Source: Octopus bimaculoides
Lineage: Eukaryota
Length of the DNA: 64,000 bases
Assembly (NCBI RefSeq): GCF_001194135.2
Contig: NC_068982.1
Location: 152,162,715-152,226,714 of the forward strand
Direction: 5' to 3'
Shown here: piece after piece, positions 1 through 12,434 of the stretch
How the letters are laid out: every line of letters begins with the position of its first letter
Position numbering within the stretch: position 1 is the first letter of the stretch
The notes under the pieces: generated by a model
What the model was told of the DNA's origin: nothing
The model's database searches: none
What the model saw: only the letters and a program-made list of their open reading frames with translations
Made by a program: the position numbers and the translations under genes

Positions 1-1125
1 AGTGATTAGGTGATGAGCAGCATTGACTCAGAAAGATTATCAGAGTCATAAACTGTGTACATTGATTATATTCTGAAGATAATGACTTCAAAGAGGAGTA
101 AGGTGAGGTAGTAGATGTCTTCAAGACAGTTATGAAGCAGTTGTTGTTTAGCTCCAAATCAGCCCTGACCAGTCAGATGTATGGTCGAAGTTATTCTAAT
201 CATAGCCATTCTATCTCTTTCCTATGTACAAGCTTTTAAATATTATAGTTTTGTTCCCATTTTTATACATACCTTCTATATCAATCCCACTTCAGAAATT
301 TTATAAACAAACATTAATCAAACTCTACCTCCATAATACAGGAAGTTTAAAATCCCTATATACTAATTAAATTGCTTATAAAATAATGAACACCTTGAGA
401 GAAACATATAAACATACAACCTTTACTCAAATATTTTTGTGAACATCAAAGCACCAGAGAAATAATTTTCTATACTAACAAAGCCTTAACATACCTAACT
501 AATAACCTTAAATATCATCAAAGTAAAGACAGGACCAATGTAAACTAACTACCTACTTACATCCTTTTGAAATAAAAGATGACACACCCAATTACTAAAG
601 GCTTAAGTACCGGACTCCCATAATACCAAAAATGACAAAAATATTGTCGCACTTTGTGCCTACTAAACAGAAGAAAAATACCTGCAGGTTTGTTTACAAA
701 GTTCTACATGCATGGATAAATACTAGACAATAACATAACACTAAATTTAATCAATTAAAATTTTTTCAAGATATATTTCCATAACAACCAGCCATAAAAA
801 CCTAATTCCCATCCCACTCAAACCCATATACCCAAAGATGATTTTTAACTCAACAGAGACAATATAAAAGCAAGACTAACTGTAATGCATCAGTCTTTCA
901 GTGACTTAGCTGACCAAAACATTGAAGTCACAATCAACAACATTTTTTGTTTAAGAAATAAATGTGTGTGTGTGTGTGTGTGTTAGCCAAAACTTCAGAG
1001 TCACTATTAACACTATTCTTGTTTAAGAATAATAAATTTGGTACTCTACAAAAGTACTGAGTAACCCCTCAGATTAATGTAGAATTATCTTTTTTAGTAT
1101 AATATTAAAACTAAACATTTGAAGT

Positions 1126-1350
1126 GGTAAGCCCACAGACTCATTAGCATGCTGGACTAAATGCTTAGTGGTATTTTGCTCATCACTACGTTCTGAGTTT
1201 AAATTCTGCCAAGGTCAACTTTACCTTTCATTCTTTCAGGGTTGATCAATTAAGTACCAGTTTGAACATTGGGATCAATGTAATCGACACATCTCCCACC
1301 CCCAAATAGTTGTCCTTGTGGCAAAATTTGAAACCGTATTACAACTAAAC
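1126..1350 (+). mobile_element. tRNA-derived SINE family B, old copy
   Basis: Matches the young copy at 44027 (ttctgagtttaaattctgccaaggtcaacttt.cctttcattctttcagggttgat...aagtaccag). Confidence 0.75.
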
Positions 1351-1588
1351 ATAAAAACAAACATTAAGTTATATGTGTATGTATACATATATATATACAT
1401 AAATACATATATATATATTTATATACGTATATATGTATATATATATATATATATATATANNNNNNNNNNNNNNNNNNNNNNNNNNNNNNNNNNNNNNNNN
1501 NNNNNNNNNNNNNNNNNNNNNNNNNNNNNNNNNNNNNNNNNNNNNNNNNNNNNNNNNNNNNNNATATGTATGTATGTATATATGTATG

Positions 1589-1619
<31 letters not shown>

Positions 1620-2186
1620 CATTAGGTTTACATGAGCAGACACAAATCATATGTATATATGCACACAAGCATTCATGTATGCACATACTCAGAATTAATT
1701 AGTCACTGGTGATAATATTTATATTATGTACTCCAACACAAGAACACAAATGTATATTTATTTTACACATTTTCGTGAAAATATAATTATGTTTTTTGTA
1801 TAAACAAGATTAAAAAATTAATTATTTGTATTTTCATTCCATTACTTTCCACCAGTTTCAACAATTTTTTTATCACATATTGATTTTAACTGTTACTACT
1901 ACTTCTCTCACAGCTACGTTATTATTTCTATTTTAGAGTTAGGGTTACCCCAAAAGTAGATATCCTATAGTGTTTAGATTGATGGCTCTTTTCAGAGAGA
2001 GAGGGGGGAGACAGGGAGAGAGAGAAAGAGAGAGAATGTGTGTCTAAGCACTTTTTTGATCATTTTAGTCTGAGTGAGGACGATGGGGATTATAACCAGA
2101 TGATATTAGAACAGTTTGTGAAGAACACTGTTCTAAGAAAAACAAAGGTTAAGCATTGTTTTCTAGTACTATTGTTTAATAGTAAT

Positions 2187-2463
2187 GTTGCCAGTGCCGA
2201 TGGACTGGCTCCTGTGCAGGTGGCACGTAAAATACACCATTTTGAGCGTGGCCATTGCCAGTACTGCCTGACTGGCCTTCGTGCCGGTGGCACATAAAAG
2301 CACCCACTACACTCTCGGAGTGGTTGGCATTAGGAAGGGCATCCAGCTGTAAGAAACTCTGCCAAATCAGACTGGAGCCTGGTGTAGCCACCTGGTCCAC
2401 CAGTCCTCAGTCAAATCGTCTAACCCATGCTAGCATGGAAAGCGGACATTAGACGATGATGAT
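2187..2463 (+). mobile_element. RTE-type LINE 3' UTR copy (5'-truncated) with (GAT)n tail
   Basis: Shares cactacactc..gagtggttggc.ttaggaagggcatccagctgt...catgctagcatggaa..cggac and (GAT)n with many other copies; at 4372-4918 the same tail follows an RTE ORF end. Confidence 0.8.
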
Positions 2464-2887
2464 ATTAACTTTTACTAGTTTCAAATTCACCTTTGTTATT
2501 GTTATTTGTTATTACAGTAAATTTGCATATGAGGATCATTACACTTATGGGGAAATTTTAGTAAACTTTGCTGCAACATGCCAATTAGTAAGATTGATTT
2601 AAGCACCATCCTCCATGCCAAACAAAATGTAAAAAAATCATAATATATATTACTTGAACAATGGTTTCAAAACCATTCAAATTGAAGGTTTCCTTCATTC
2701 TTGCTGGGCCAGTGGTGTATGTAACAGCTGATCTTACCATAGTATGAAAGAGCTCAGGTAGCAAAATTTTATGTCTTCTGAAGTTAGAAACCATGTAAAA
2801 GGTCACCAAAAATATGATATACTGTGAAGCTAAAATATAGTAATTCAGACCACATGCTTTCAACTTGAATTGCAAAACCACCACAGT

Positions 2888-3040
2888 AGCTTGGATACAC
2901 TGCACAGACCAAATTACTGCTGTAAAATAGTGGAACAATTTCTAGCATCACTTGTAAGAAGTAGTAACTCAAGAATTAAACTATACCAGACGTAATCAAA
3001 GAAACTGGATATCAGGCTGAGTAACAGAATTTGTTATAAA
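2888..3040 (+). repeat. 153-bp direct duplication; partner at 4219-4371
   Basis: Near-identical ungapped match agcttggatacactgcaca...ttgttataaa, offset 1331 bp. Confidence 0.92.
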
Positions 3041-3539
3041 GTAGTGGAGCCACAATCAACTCTTGTGAAGGCAAATCATCTGTTCTGTCTATGCTTATCA
3101 CAATGAATTCTAATGTACTGCCACTCAAGATATGGAACATAATATTATTCTTAGGACTCACAAAAACTGTATCAGATTTTAGAATAAATCATGAAAGGCA
3201 ACAAGACCAATACTTCTTGATGTTTAAGGCAGTTATAGTGAAAGCTGATGATCACAGTCAATGGTGTGACCATTTTGTGAACCTATTCAATCATGATTCC
3301 TCTACTAATCAGCTGTACATGTACTCTACAGATATCATTCTCTGTGCATGCAATCCAGATGCACCAACCATCAAGGAGGTGCACTAAGCTATCTAAAATC
3401 TGAAGAACAATGTCTGAAGAGGATTTAACCATTGAAATCTTCAAAAATTGCTTAAATGTCTTGGCTCTACAGCTGCACTGTGATTTGTTTCTATGATATG
3501 GAATCTCTTCCACAAGGTTAGAGTGATGTTGGTTTCCTC

Positions 3540-3790
3540 CTTTGCTTCAAGAAGAGTAATACTTATCCACGATGAAAAATACTTCTCCAGTACTGTTCTG
3601 ACCTCATCTGCAGAATTCATATTTTTCCTATCCAAATGATTTTGAAGACTGTGGAATAAATGATAATCAGATGCTGCAATATCCAGCGAATATGGTGGGT
3701 GGGGCATCGTTGCCCATTCAAACTGTTCCAGGCTTTCACAGAAAATGCACTTTTACACTCTGTAAGATTGTCGGTGTTAAGAAGAGCATC
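3540..3790 (-). mobile_element. Mariner transposase C-terminal fragment
   Basis: Translation EQFEWATMPHPPYSLDIAASDYHLFHSLQNHL resembles the mariner HPPYSPDLAPSDYHLF motif. Confidence 0.85.
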
Positions 3791-4371
3791 CATCAATGGA
3801 AATTATGTTAAAACTGAGACATAGGAGCAAGATATGGTTCTCTAATCCATGGATTCAACAAAAATGTTGAGCTCATGCCAGTGAGGAAAATGGACTGATG
3901 ATGATAATGACGATGGCAACAACAACAACAATGAGGATACATATGTATACAGATGAACCTCTTGTAAGTACATCATACAACTTGTATGATGAACCTCTTG
4001 CCTACCAATAGCATATAAGTTGAATCTGGTGAACAAAATGATCATGCCTTTGCTAAACTAATACTTCAATGAATTAAATGCCTCATATACATATTAAAAA
4101 AAAACTAAATTCAGTCTGGATGAACAAAACTAGCTTGAATGTGACACTAGAAACTGCAACATTCCTGATACTAATTCTTAAACATAAAAATACCAAATGA
4201 CAATGATGTTGTGCAATAAGCTTGGATACACTGCACAAACTAAATTACTGCTGAAAAAGAGTGGAACAATTTCTAGCATCACTTGTAAGAAGTAGTAACT
4301 CAAGAATTAAACTATACCAGACATAATCAAAGAAACTGGATATCAGGCTGTGTAACAGAATTTGTTATAAA

Positions 4372-4918
4372 CTAAGGAGACATCAGATGTTGTGTGCAAG
4401 AGAGAAGATTACATTGGTTTGGTCATGTGATGCATATGGATGAGGACAGCTGCATAAAGTACCATGCTCTAATTGTGGAGGGAACCTGTGGAAGGGGTAG
4501 ACCCAGATAGACATGGGACGAAGTAGTGAAAAAGTATCTTTGAATGCTGGGCCTCACTGAGGAAATGACAAGGGACCAGGAGTTGTGGTGATTTACTGTA
4601 CTTGAGAAGACACGTCAAGCTAAGTAAATGATCACTGTCATCCATACATGCATGCTTGTCCTCATGTGCCAGTGCTACATAAAATGCACTCAAGCCAGTG
4701 CTGTATAAACACATCTGTTCTGGTGGCATGTAAAAAGCACCCAGAACACTCTGTAAAGTGGCTGGCATTTGGAAGGGTATCCAGCTGTGGAGACCATGTC
4801 ACAACAGTTAGTTGGGACCTTGATACTCCCTGGCTGGCCAGCTTCATGTCAAACTGTCCAACCCATGAAAACCCATAGAAAACAGATGTTAAATGATGAT
4901 GCTGATGAAGAAGATGAA
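4372..4918 (+). mobile_element. 5'-truncated RTE-clade LINE: ORF C-terminus plus 3' UTR and (GAT)n tail
   Basis: VQERRLHWFGHVMHMDED...GTCGRGRPR*TWDEVV...LTEEMTRDQELW matches the RTE RT C-terminal RLxWxGH..GRPRxxW..DRxxW pattern. Confidence 0.85.
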
Positions 4919-5787
4919 TACAAATTTAATGAGTGAATTTAACACATTATGGCAATTGAGAAACATATCTATGATTCCATTTGTAATTAGTACAACTGGA
5001 ATGATGCAGAACCACTTCTGTAATGATATTGACAGATCTCTTACAAATACAGAGAGAGGCACATTGTAAACAATATCAATACTAAGATGTTTAAATATTA
5101 TGGCATTTTTAAATGACATTGATTAACTTTTGAACTGATGTCAGTGACCAGGTCACAGTTGTGTGATTGAAAGTTTGACACCTCATGAAATAAATTAAAT
5201 TTAAAGTGATTTTAACAGTTTATGCTTAATTAAATACCCTTTTCATGATGTAGTTGCTTCAACTTCAACAAACAATCTCAGATGAAGTCACTTGCCAGAA
5301 ATTTTTATTTTTTCTAAGTTGTACTTAATTTATTTTTCAAAAATAGAAACTATTGTGTCTTCTCAAATAATAACTAGCAGGATCTATGAAAATTCTACAT
5401 TTTAAAAGTGCTCTTGTTTCTATTATGATGCATAAATTAATAGTTCTTCATAACATTTTTTCATTATGTTAATAATTTCAACTGTCTTTTATTCATTTTT
5501 TTTAGTTAGGTTTGTTGAAAGTGTAACACTTGAACTAGTTCCAAACTGTTAGAAATTTTGATTATACCTTCAATTTCAATCTACAGCTAAGATTGTTTAA
5601 GGTGTAACACATGAACTTGTTTTATTGTTTTAAAAGTTTCAATTATATTTCTGACTCCTTTCCATACTTAAAACTGTTTAATGCCTAATACTCAAAATTG
5701 TTTCAGCACGTTAAATATTTTGATTATGGTTTCAGTTTTGTCACATAGTTCAGGTTATTGAAAGCATAACTTTCAAATTTATTCCAT

Positions 5788-6053
5788 TATTCTGTTGTGT
5801 CTGGGGAGAGTCATTTTCTTATCATGCCTTAAAATTTAACACACTCACCGTTAAAATTTCCACTTATTATTTTTATTTTCCTAAAATTCTCGTTGCGTCT
5901 TGCAACCTTTTCAATAGTCAAGACTATTGAAAAGGTTGCAAGACGCAACGAAAATTTTAGGAAAATAAAAATAATAAGTGGAAATTTTAACGGTGAGTGT
6001 GTTAAATTTTAAGGCACGATAAGAAAATGACTCTCCCCAGACACAGCAGAATA
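5788..6053. repeat. Near-perfect 266-bp palindrome (132-bp arms, 2-nt centre), probable fold-back MITE
   Basis: Arms 5788-5919 and 5922-6053 are reverse complements except at three positions (5795, 5824, 5889); the outermost bases are TA on both sides. Confidence 0.95.
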
Positions 6054-7400
6054 TGCTTCAACCCACGAAATCACATAAAAAATCTTGCAAACCAAATCCA
6101 AAAATGAAATATTATTCCATTATGTTAAAGATTTTAATTTCAAAATATGATTGCAAAATAGGCTTTGATATTTATGAAAAAAAATTATGAAATAATTCTA
6201 GCAGTATTATTTGGATACATTTTTATTATACATTTTTTTTTATCATTGTGGTTGTCATGACTCCAATTTTTTAAATTTATTTTAATTTTATATTGTTAAT
6301 AAAATCCACGTGACAGATATAAATATCAAATAAAGAGCCTCATTCAGAAAAACATATATATTGCATATTTACATGAAGAAGTGCATATAATCATATATTC
6401 AATATATCAAAGATTTATTTCATAGAATTCACCCTTAAATAACCCCATCATTATATTCATCCTTAGACATTAGTACAACATTATTCAAAATAGAAATATA
6501 CTTAATCCCTAAACAAAACTGCAACTATGAAGTCTAAAAGTACATAAATATAAAATATAGGTAAATGTATTCCGCTAACATATACTCTATTCCAATTACA
6601 AACAGTTTATTCCACATTAAATATTACTTAACTTATATACTGAAATATAGACGTAAACTAATATTAATATTGACTATTATTGACAGGCAAGTATGACCAA
6701 CAAATGTGTTAAATGCAAGCATTTTAATTTTCATTTTCTCTCCAAATAATCACAGCCTTTTAAACTTATATGAATTCCATTCTTAAACATCTTGCAATCT
6801 CTCTTTCTCTCTTTTAACCACACACACTCACACATGCCTATACACACACACACACACACACACTCACACACACACACTTCAGTTGTAACCATGAAGAATT
6901 TTAGTGTGATACTGGACTGTGTTAGCCAGTATCAGAGTGGTTTGTTTGTCGGTGGCTGATTGACTATAAAAATACTTAAAATCCTCACATGCAACAAGAA
7001 ATTTGAAAAATGATAACAGAAAACCAATTAAATTTATAAATTCATTTACAAACTTGCAGGGATTAATTTCATATAACTCAAACTATTACATTTGATATAA
7101 AGTATCAAGCATTCTTACTAGGTGACCTAACCCATAAAAAAGACAAACTATTAAAATAGATTATAATACACAATTGAAAATGAACTTAGATACAAATCAG
7201 TGCTTGAAAACTCAGCAACTTATTTATAAATTTATCTATAAATTATCACAGAAGTTATATAAATAGCAGAAGTTATATAAAAGAAAAAAAAGCTCATTAC
7301 ATAAATATCATACTCTAGTAACAAACTAACTCCAGACAGCATGTCCAAGCCATTTCCTGATTACTTAGAAAGTCAGGTGGTCAGGTGAGGGGAATATTTA

Positions 7401-7928
7401 CGAGGTCTGATCAAAAAGTATCAGGACTGATGCTGTGAAAAGTAAACTACAATACGTGTCAATTTGGCATTTAGTCTCCTTCAAAGTGGTCCTCTTCTGA
7501 AGCCATAAACTTTATCCAATGACAATTCCATTGATGGGAGCATTCCTGGAACTCCTTTTTTGGGATAGCAAGCAACTGCCTCATCTCATTCTGTTTGATT
7601 CCCTTGACTTCTTGAAATTTTGTTGTAGATTTTCTGCTCTTGAAATCTCTTGAAATTTCTTGAAATCCCTTAAAATTTTTTTGATGTCTTGAAATCTTGT
7701 TGATGCAGATTCTCTGCTCAATTTTCTCTGGTATAGTCACTGATGGAATTGCTGTGGTGTGGTTTTACTTCTAAGCATTGTTACAAATAATGGAAGTGAG
7801 CTAGAGTGTTATAACTTAATGTGTGTGCATGACAGCTTACAAGGTCAATCCGTGCCAAGTGGCTTGACTCTGCATACTTTAGACCTGTTACCATGGCAAG
7901 AGTTCCAATACTTTTCGATCAGGCCTCA
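7401..7928 (-). mobile_element. Internally deleted mariner (non-autonomous), 528 bp
   Basis: TA|CGAGGTCTGATCAAAAAGTATCAGGACT ... AGTTCCAATACTTTTCGATCAGGCCTCA|TA imperfect TIRs with TA TSD; minus-strand C-terminus FQECSHQWNCHWIKFMASEEDHFEGD* resembles mariner W..RW.KC....GDYFEGD. Confidence 0.85.
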
Positions 7929-8176
7929 TAAATCCTAGTGATAACAGATGAGGTATAAGCACTTCATTGACCTCCATAATTCTTCTACCAGCAATATAAA
8001 AATGTTGATAGCAACTACTAGGATCTAAACTGTTTCATCTAGAAGGAAACTTCCTTGAAACCAAGAAATGTTATTGTTCCCAAATAAATATAAAGTCCCA
8101 AAGAACATATATGCATACATACATTGGTATATACATGGTTATATGTGTATATATGCATAACCATTATGTATGTATG

Positions 8177-8264
<88 letters not shown>

Positions 8265-8269
8265 TGTAT

Positions 8270-9025
8270 CTATCTTTCCAACCACATGATTCAGGGTTAA
8301 GGTTCCACAGCATGGCACCTTGGGCAGGTGTTTTCTACTATAGCCTTGGGCCAACCAAAGCCTCATGAGTAGATTTGGTAGACAGAAACTGAGAGAAGTC
8401 TGTCATATATATATATAGAATTAATATAAACAGTTGCGCAGAATACAATACCATAAAGGAAAAATTCAGTCATCACTAAATGTAACTAAGAGTGCTGAAA
8501 CACATACATTGCTAGAAATAGGAGTAAAATACTCCTTGTGCTGTAGGAAGAGCACAAATGTATACACATGCTGACAGGGAACAAAACATCCTCGTGACAG
8601 AGGAAGAAACCTCCCCAGAAATACATGAAACTTGACACCTAGTTTGAGAGATTCTCGATTCAATCATAGAGAGGTTTCTTCCCTCTCAGCATTTGTGTAT
8701 ACATTTGCACTCTTCCTACAGCACAAGGAGTATTTCACTCCTATTTCTAGCAATGTAGGAGTCTCAGAAGCCTTAGTCACATTTAGTGATGATTGTAATA
8801 TATATATGGTGGGAGGTATTTTTGTGTCTGTGTTTGTCTCCCACCACTGCTTGACAACCAGTTATGGTATGTTTACATCTCTGTAACATAGAGGTTTAGC
8901 AAAAGAGAGATAGAATAAGTAGCAGGCTTAAATAGCAACAAACTCTAGGGTCAATTCTTTTGGCTAAAATTCTTCAAGGTGGTGTCCCAGCATGGCCCCA
9001 GTCTAATAGTTAAAACAAGTAAAAT
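8270..9025 (+). mobile_element. SINE family C copy split by an insertion (5' half about 8270-8405, 3' half about 8820-9025)
   Basis: Both halves match the contiguous copy at 19968-20345. Confidence 0.7.
8467..8795. mobile_element. Tc1-like fold-back MITE nested in a SINE
   Basis: Ungapped arms 8470-8568 and 8694-8792 with 10 mismatches in 99 bp, plus an inner 12-bp pair (8602-8613/8671-8682); ends CAGTCATC...GATGATTG|TA, similar to Tc1 CAGT termini. Confidence 0.8.
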
Positions 9026-9066
9026 ATAAAAGATAGAGGAAATATATATATATGTTTGTATGTATG

Positions 9067-9115
<49 letters not shown>

Positions 9116-9225
9116 ACACACATACATACACACACATATACATAAGCACACAACAACATATATGCAAGTATATATATACATGACATGAATATATATAAGC
9201 ATAGACAGACAGACAGACAGACAGG

Positions 9226-9269
<44 letters not shown>

Positions 9270-9520
9270 CTTAGGCATGTCTAAATAGGTGAAAGGTTTG
9301 CTTTTCAATCATGAGGTCCCTGATGCTATATCTGGTGAACTCAAACCTTGTGAATAAAATTGTGTTGATAGAAAATGTTTTGAACTTATACCAACATCTT
9401 CACAAATTCATGGAACTATTTTGATTCAAAGACGACTTATGAGTCTGTCAGAAACTATGCTCGATTTTGAGAATTCAAATAAATCTCAAGGGACACCTTC
9501 ATGCACACATACATGTGTAC

Positions 9521-9554
<34 letters not shown>

Positions 9555-10349
9555 GTACATATCTACACACATAAATACACCTACATATATACATACATCA
9601 TATATATGTACATACAGAGAAAGGAAGATTGAGAGAATAAAATATATAAAAAGAGAGTGTATAGTAAGAAAGAAAAAGAATGAGAGTGAAGAGAATGGTG
9701 GAGGTATGAAGAATGCCTTTTTGTTTGTATGATATATGACGATAAATATATATGTTGCTATGTATTGTAACTTTTATAAATATTTTTATAAAATTGAGTG
9801 TCTACAATTCTGTCATATTTATATACAACTTAATAAATCAAGATAATTTTGTTCAATTAATTTTCAATTGAATATGTACTAATTTTCATATTCATACACA
9901 TGTGTGTGTATGTGTGTCTTTACATATTCTTCAATGTATATATGTACATATGAATGTATACTTTATATGTTAATATACTAATATATGCAGATATGTGCAG
10001 GGCACCTGTATGAACAGGTGTGGACATGCATTTGTGAATGTGTGTATGATTCTGTGTGTGTCTACCTCTCAATGTGAGAGGAATTGTTGAGTTTAAAAAT
10101 GCATCAAGGAAAGTAAAAGGAAGGTTAAAGTTTTATTCATTCCAGACTATGCTAATTTGTTTAACATATAAATGTAATCTGCTACATATATTTCCTATAT
10201 TTATTCACTAAATAAATCAATACATACATATATATTATATGCATATATATGTATATGTATATATATATATCTATATTGTACATCCTTATATTTTTTAAAG
10301 TATTATTGGTGTAGCTAGGTATAGATGTTTTGATTGTTATTATTGACAG

Positions 10350-10400
10350 CTTGCAAACATTTGTCAGGACAAGAACAACGGAAACACTCGGAGAAAAAAA
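10350..10400 (+). CDS. HCN: Candidate alternative microexon for the HCN S4-S5 linker (LANICQDKNNGNTRRKK)
   Basis: ttgattgttattattgacAG|CTT...AAA|GTAAGA; 51 nt, phase 0/0, no stop; compatible with the phase-0 start of the S5 exon at 15432. Not supported by any transcript evidence here. Confidence 0.45.
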
Positions 10401-10670
10401 GTAAGAATAATTAGATAAACAAAAATAATAAAATATCAGTAATAGTAATAATAATAATAATAATAACAACAATAATAATACATTTATATCTATTTTAGAT
10501 ATTATCTAAGAATTGTAGTATTAGCATATTTTTTATGTTTGATATTTTGGATAATATTTTATGTATAAATACTTTTTATTTCAAAATTTCATCTGCATTA
10601 TGTATATATACATATATATATATGTGTATTATATTTATTTATATATATATATATATGTATTATATTTATT

Positions 10671-10726
<56 letters not shown>

Positions 10727-11189
10727 AATAAAATGTGAATATATATATATGTATATATTATATACATATATTAATTACACACACACACATATATATGGAC
10801 ATATATATATACATGTATACACACATATATACATATACACATACATATATGTACATATATATATATATATACATATATATATGTACACACATATATATAT
10901 ATACATATATATATATACACATATACATATATNNNNNNNNNNNNNNNNNNNNNNNNNNNNNNNNNNNNNNNNNNNNNNNNNNNNNNNNNNNNNNNNNNNN
11001 NNNNNNNNNNNNNNNNNNNNNNNNNNNNNNNNNNNNNNNNNNNNNNNNNNNNNNNNNNNNNNNNNNNNNNNNNNNNNNNNNNNNNNNNNNNNNNNNNNNN
11101 NNNNNNNNNNNNNNNNNNNNNNNNNNNNNNNNNNNNNNNNNNNNNNNNNNNNNNNNNNNNNNNNNNNNNNNNNNNNNNNNNNNNNNNNG

Positions 11190-11412
11190 TACATGAAGAT
11201 GCTGAAAAGTTCCTGGTTTTGCTTAAAAGAAAATAACGAAGCATCAGTTAATTATGATTTTATCAAACATATTCCCCTCTAAGATTCACACACTTATTGG
11301 AGATGCAGCAGTCTTTCAGTTTTTTAAGCTCTGTAAAAGAACTTGGAAGGTTGGGCCTCCAACCAGGCCTTTCACAATACCCTTAAAGCCAGGAACTTTT
11401 CAGTAGCCCCTA

Positions 11413-11414
<2 letters not shown>
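11190..11414. mobile_element. Mariner-type MITE (~225 bp); second copy at 30321-30542
   Basis: TIR core CTGAAAAGTTCCTGG / CCAGGAACTTTTCAG; internal sequence shared with the 30321 copy. Confidence 0.8.
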
Positions 11415-11446
<32 letters not shown>

Positions 11447-12102
11447 GTATATATATATACATATATAAGCTTACGGTTGATGAGGGAAAATATTGTTGAC
11501 TACTAACATTTAGTGTTGAAGTGTATACCACCATCAGCTAACAATATTATCATACAATTTCACTGTGATATTGTGAAATGGTGAAATCTCATTGAAAATC
11601 TTTGCTGTCAACTCAATTCTTTTGTGACTCACTTTTTCACTTTCAAAATAAGTTGGAGATATGGAAGTGTCTTGCTGGATGCGATATTTATTGGAACTTG
11701 TTTCAATTTTTTCTTTTATTTTTTGTTCATATTGCATTCCTTTCCATTTATTTCCTATTGTTAGTTTAAAATTACATACTTGCATTTCTGACCATCATTC
11801 AAAGCTTGCTACATCCATTCCACCCATTGTGAAGACATTTAACTCTGCCTCAGCAACAATAGTTGTTAGCTTGTTGACAAACCTCAACACTCATTAATTG
11901 TTTAAGCTAAGAATATGAAAAATATATATCAAATAGAAAAAAAAAATGCTCATATTTATGCAACTATCTTTTTTTAAAAGAATAATATTTTATCCATTCT
12001 AGCATGGAACAAATGTATGCAAATATATGTATAGACATGTATGTTTGCATATCAATGTATCTATCTCTCTCTTTATATATATATATATATAAATATGTAT
12101 GT

Positions 12103-12434
12103 CAGTCAGGCGGTATATATATATACCGCCTGACTGGCCTTTGTAGGGTTTTCGAGCGAGATCGTTGCCAGTGCCCCTGGACTGGCTCTTGTGCGGGTGG
12201 CACATGAAAGACACCATTTCGAGCGTGGCCGTTTTCGTGCGGGTGACACGTAAAAGCACCCACTACACTCTCTGAGTGGTTGGCGTTAGGAAGGGCATCC
12301 AGCTGTAGAAACTCTGCCAAATTAGATTGGAGCCTGGTGTTGCCATCCGGTTTCATAAGTCCTCAGTCAAATCGTCCAACCCATACTAGCATGGAAGGCG
12401 GACGTTAAACGATGATGATGATGATGATGATGAT
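12103..12434 (+). mobile_element. Young RTE 3' UTR copy with a palindromic 5' junction
   Basis: CpG-rich, nearly identical to 31271-31549; (GAT)n tail. Confidence 0.85.

Noticed and set aside
1-10349. Search for the S1-S4 exons of HCN
   Set aside because: No S4 (LxLLRLxRL) or QWEE-type sequence was found by eye; presumably upstream of the window or hidden in a gap.
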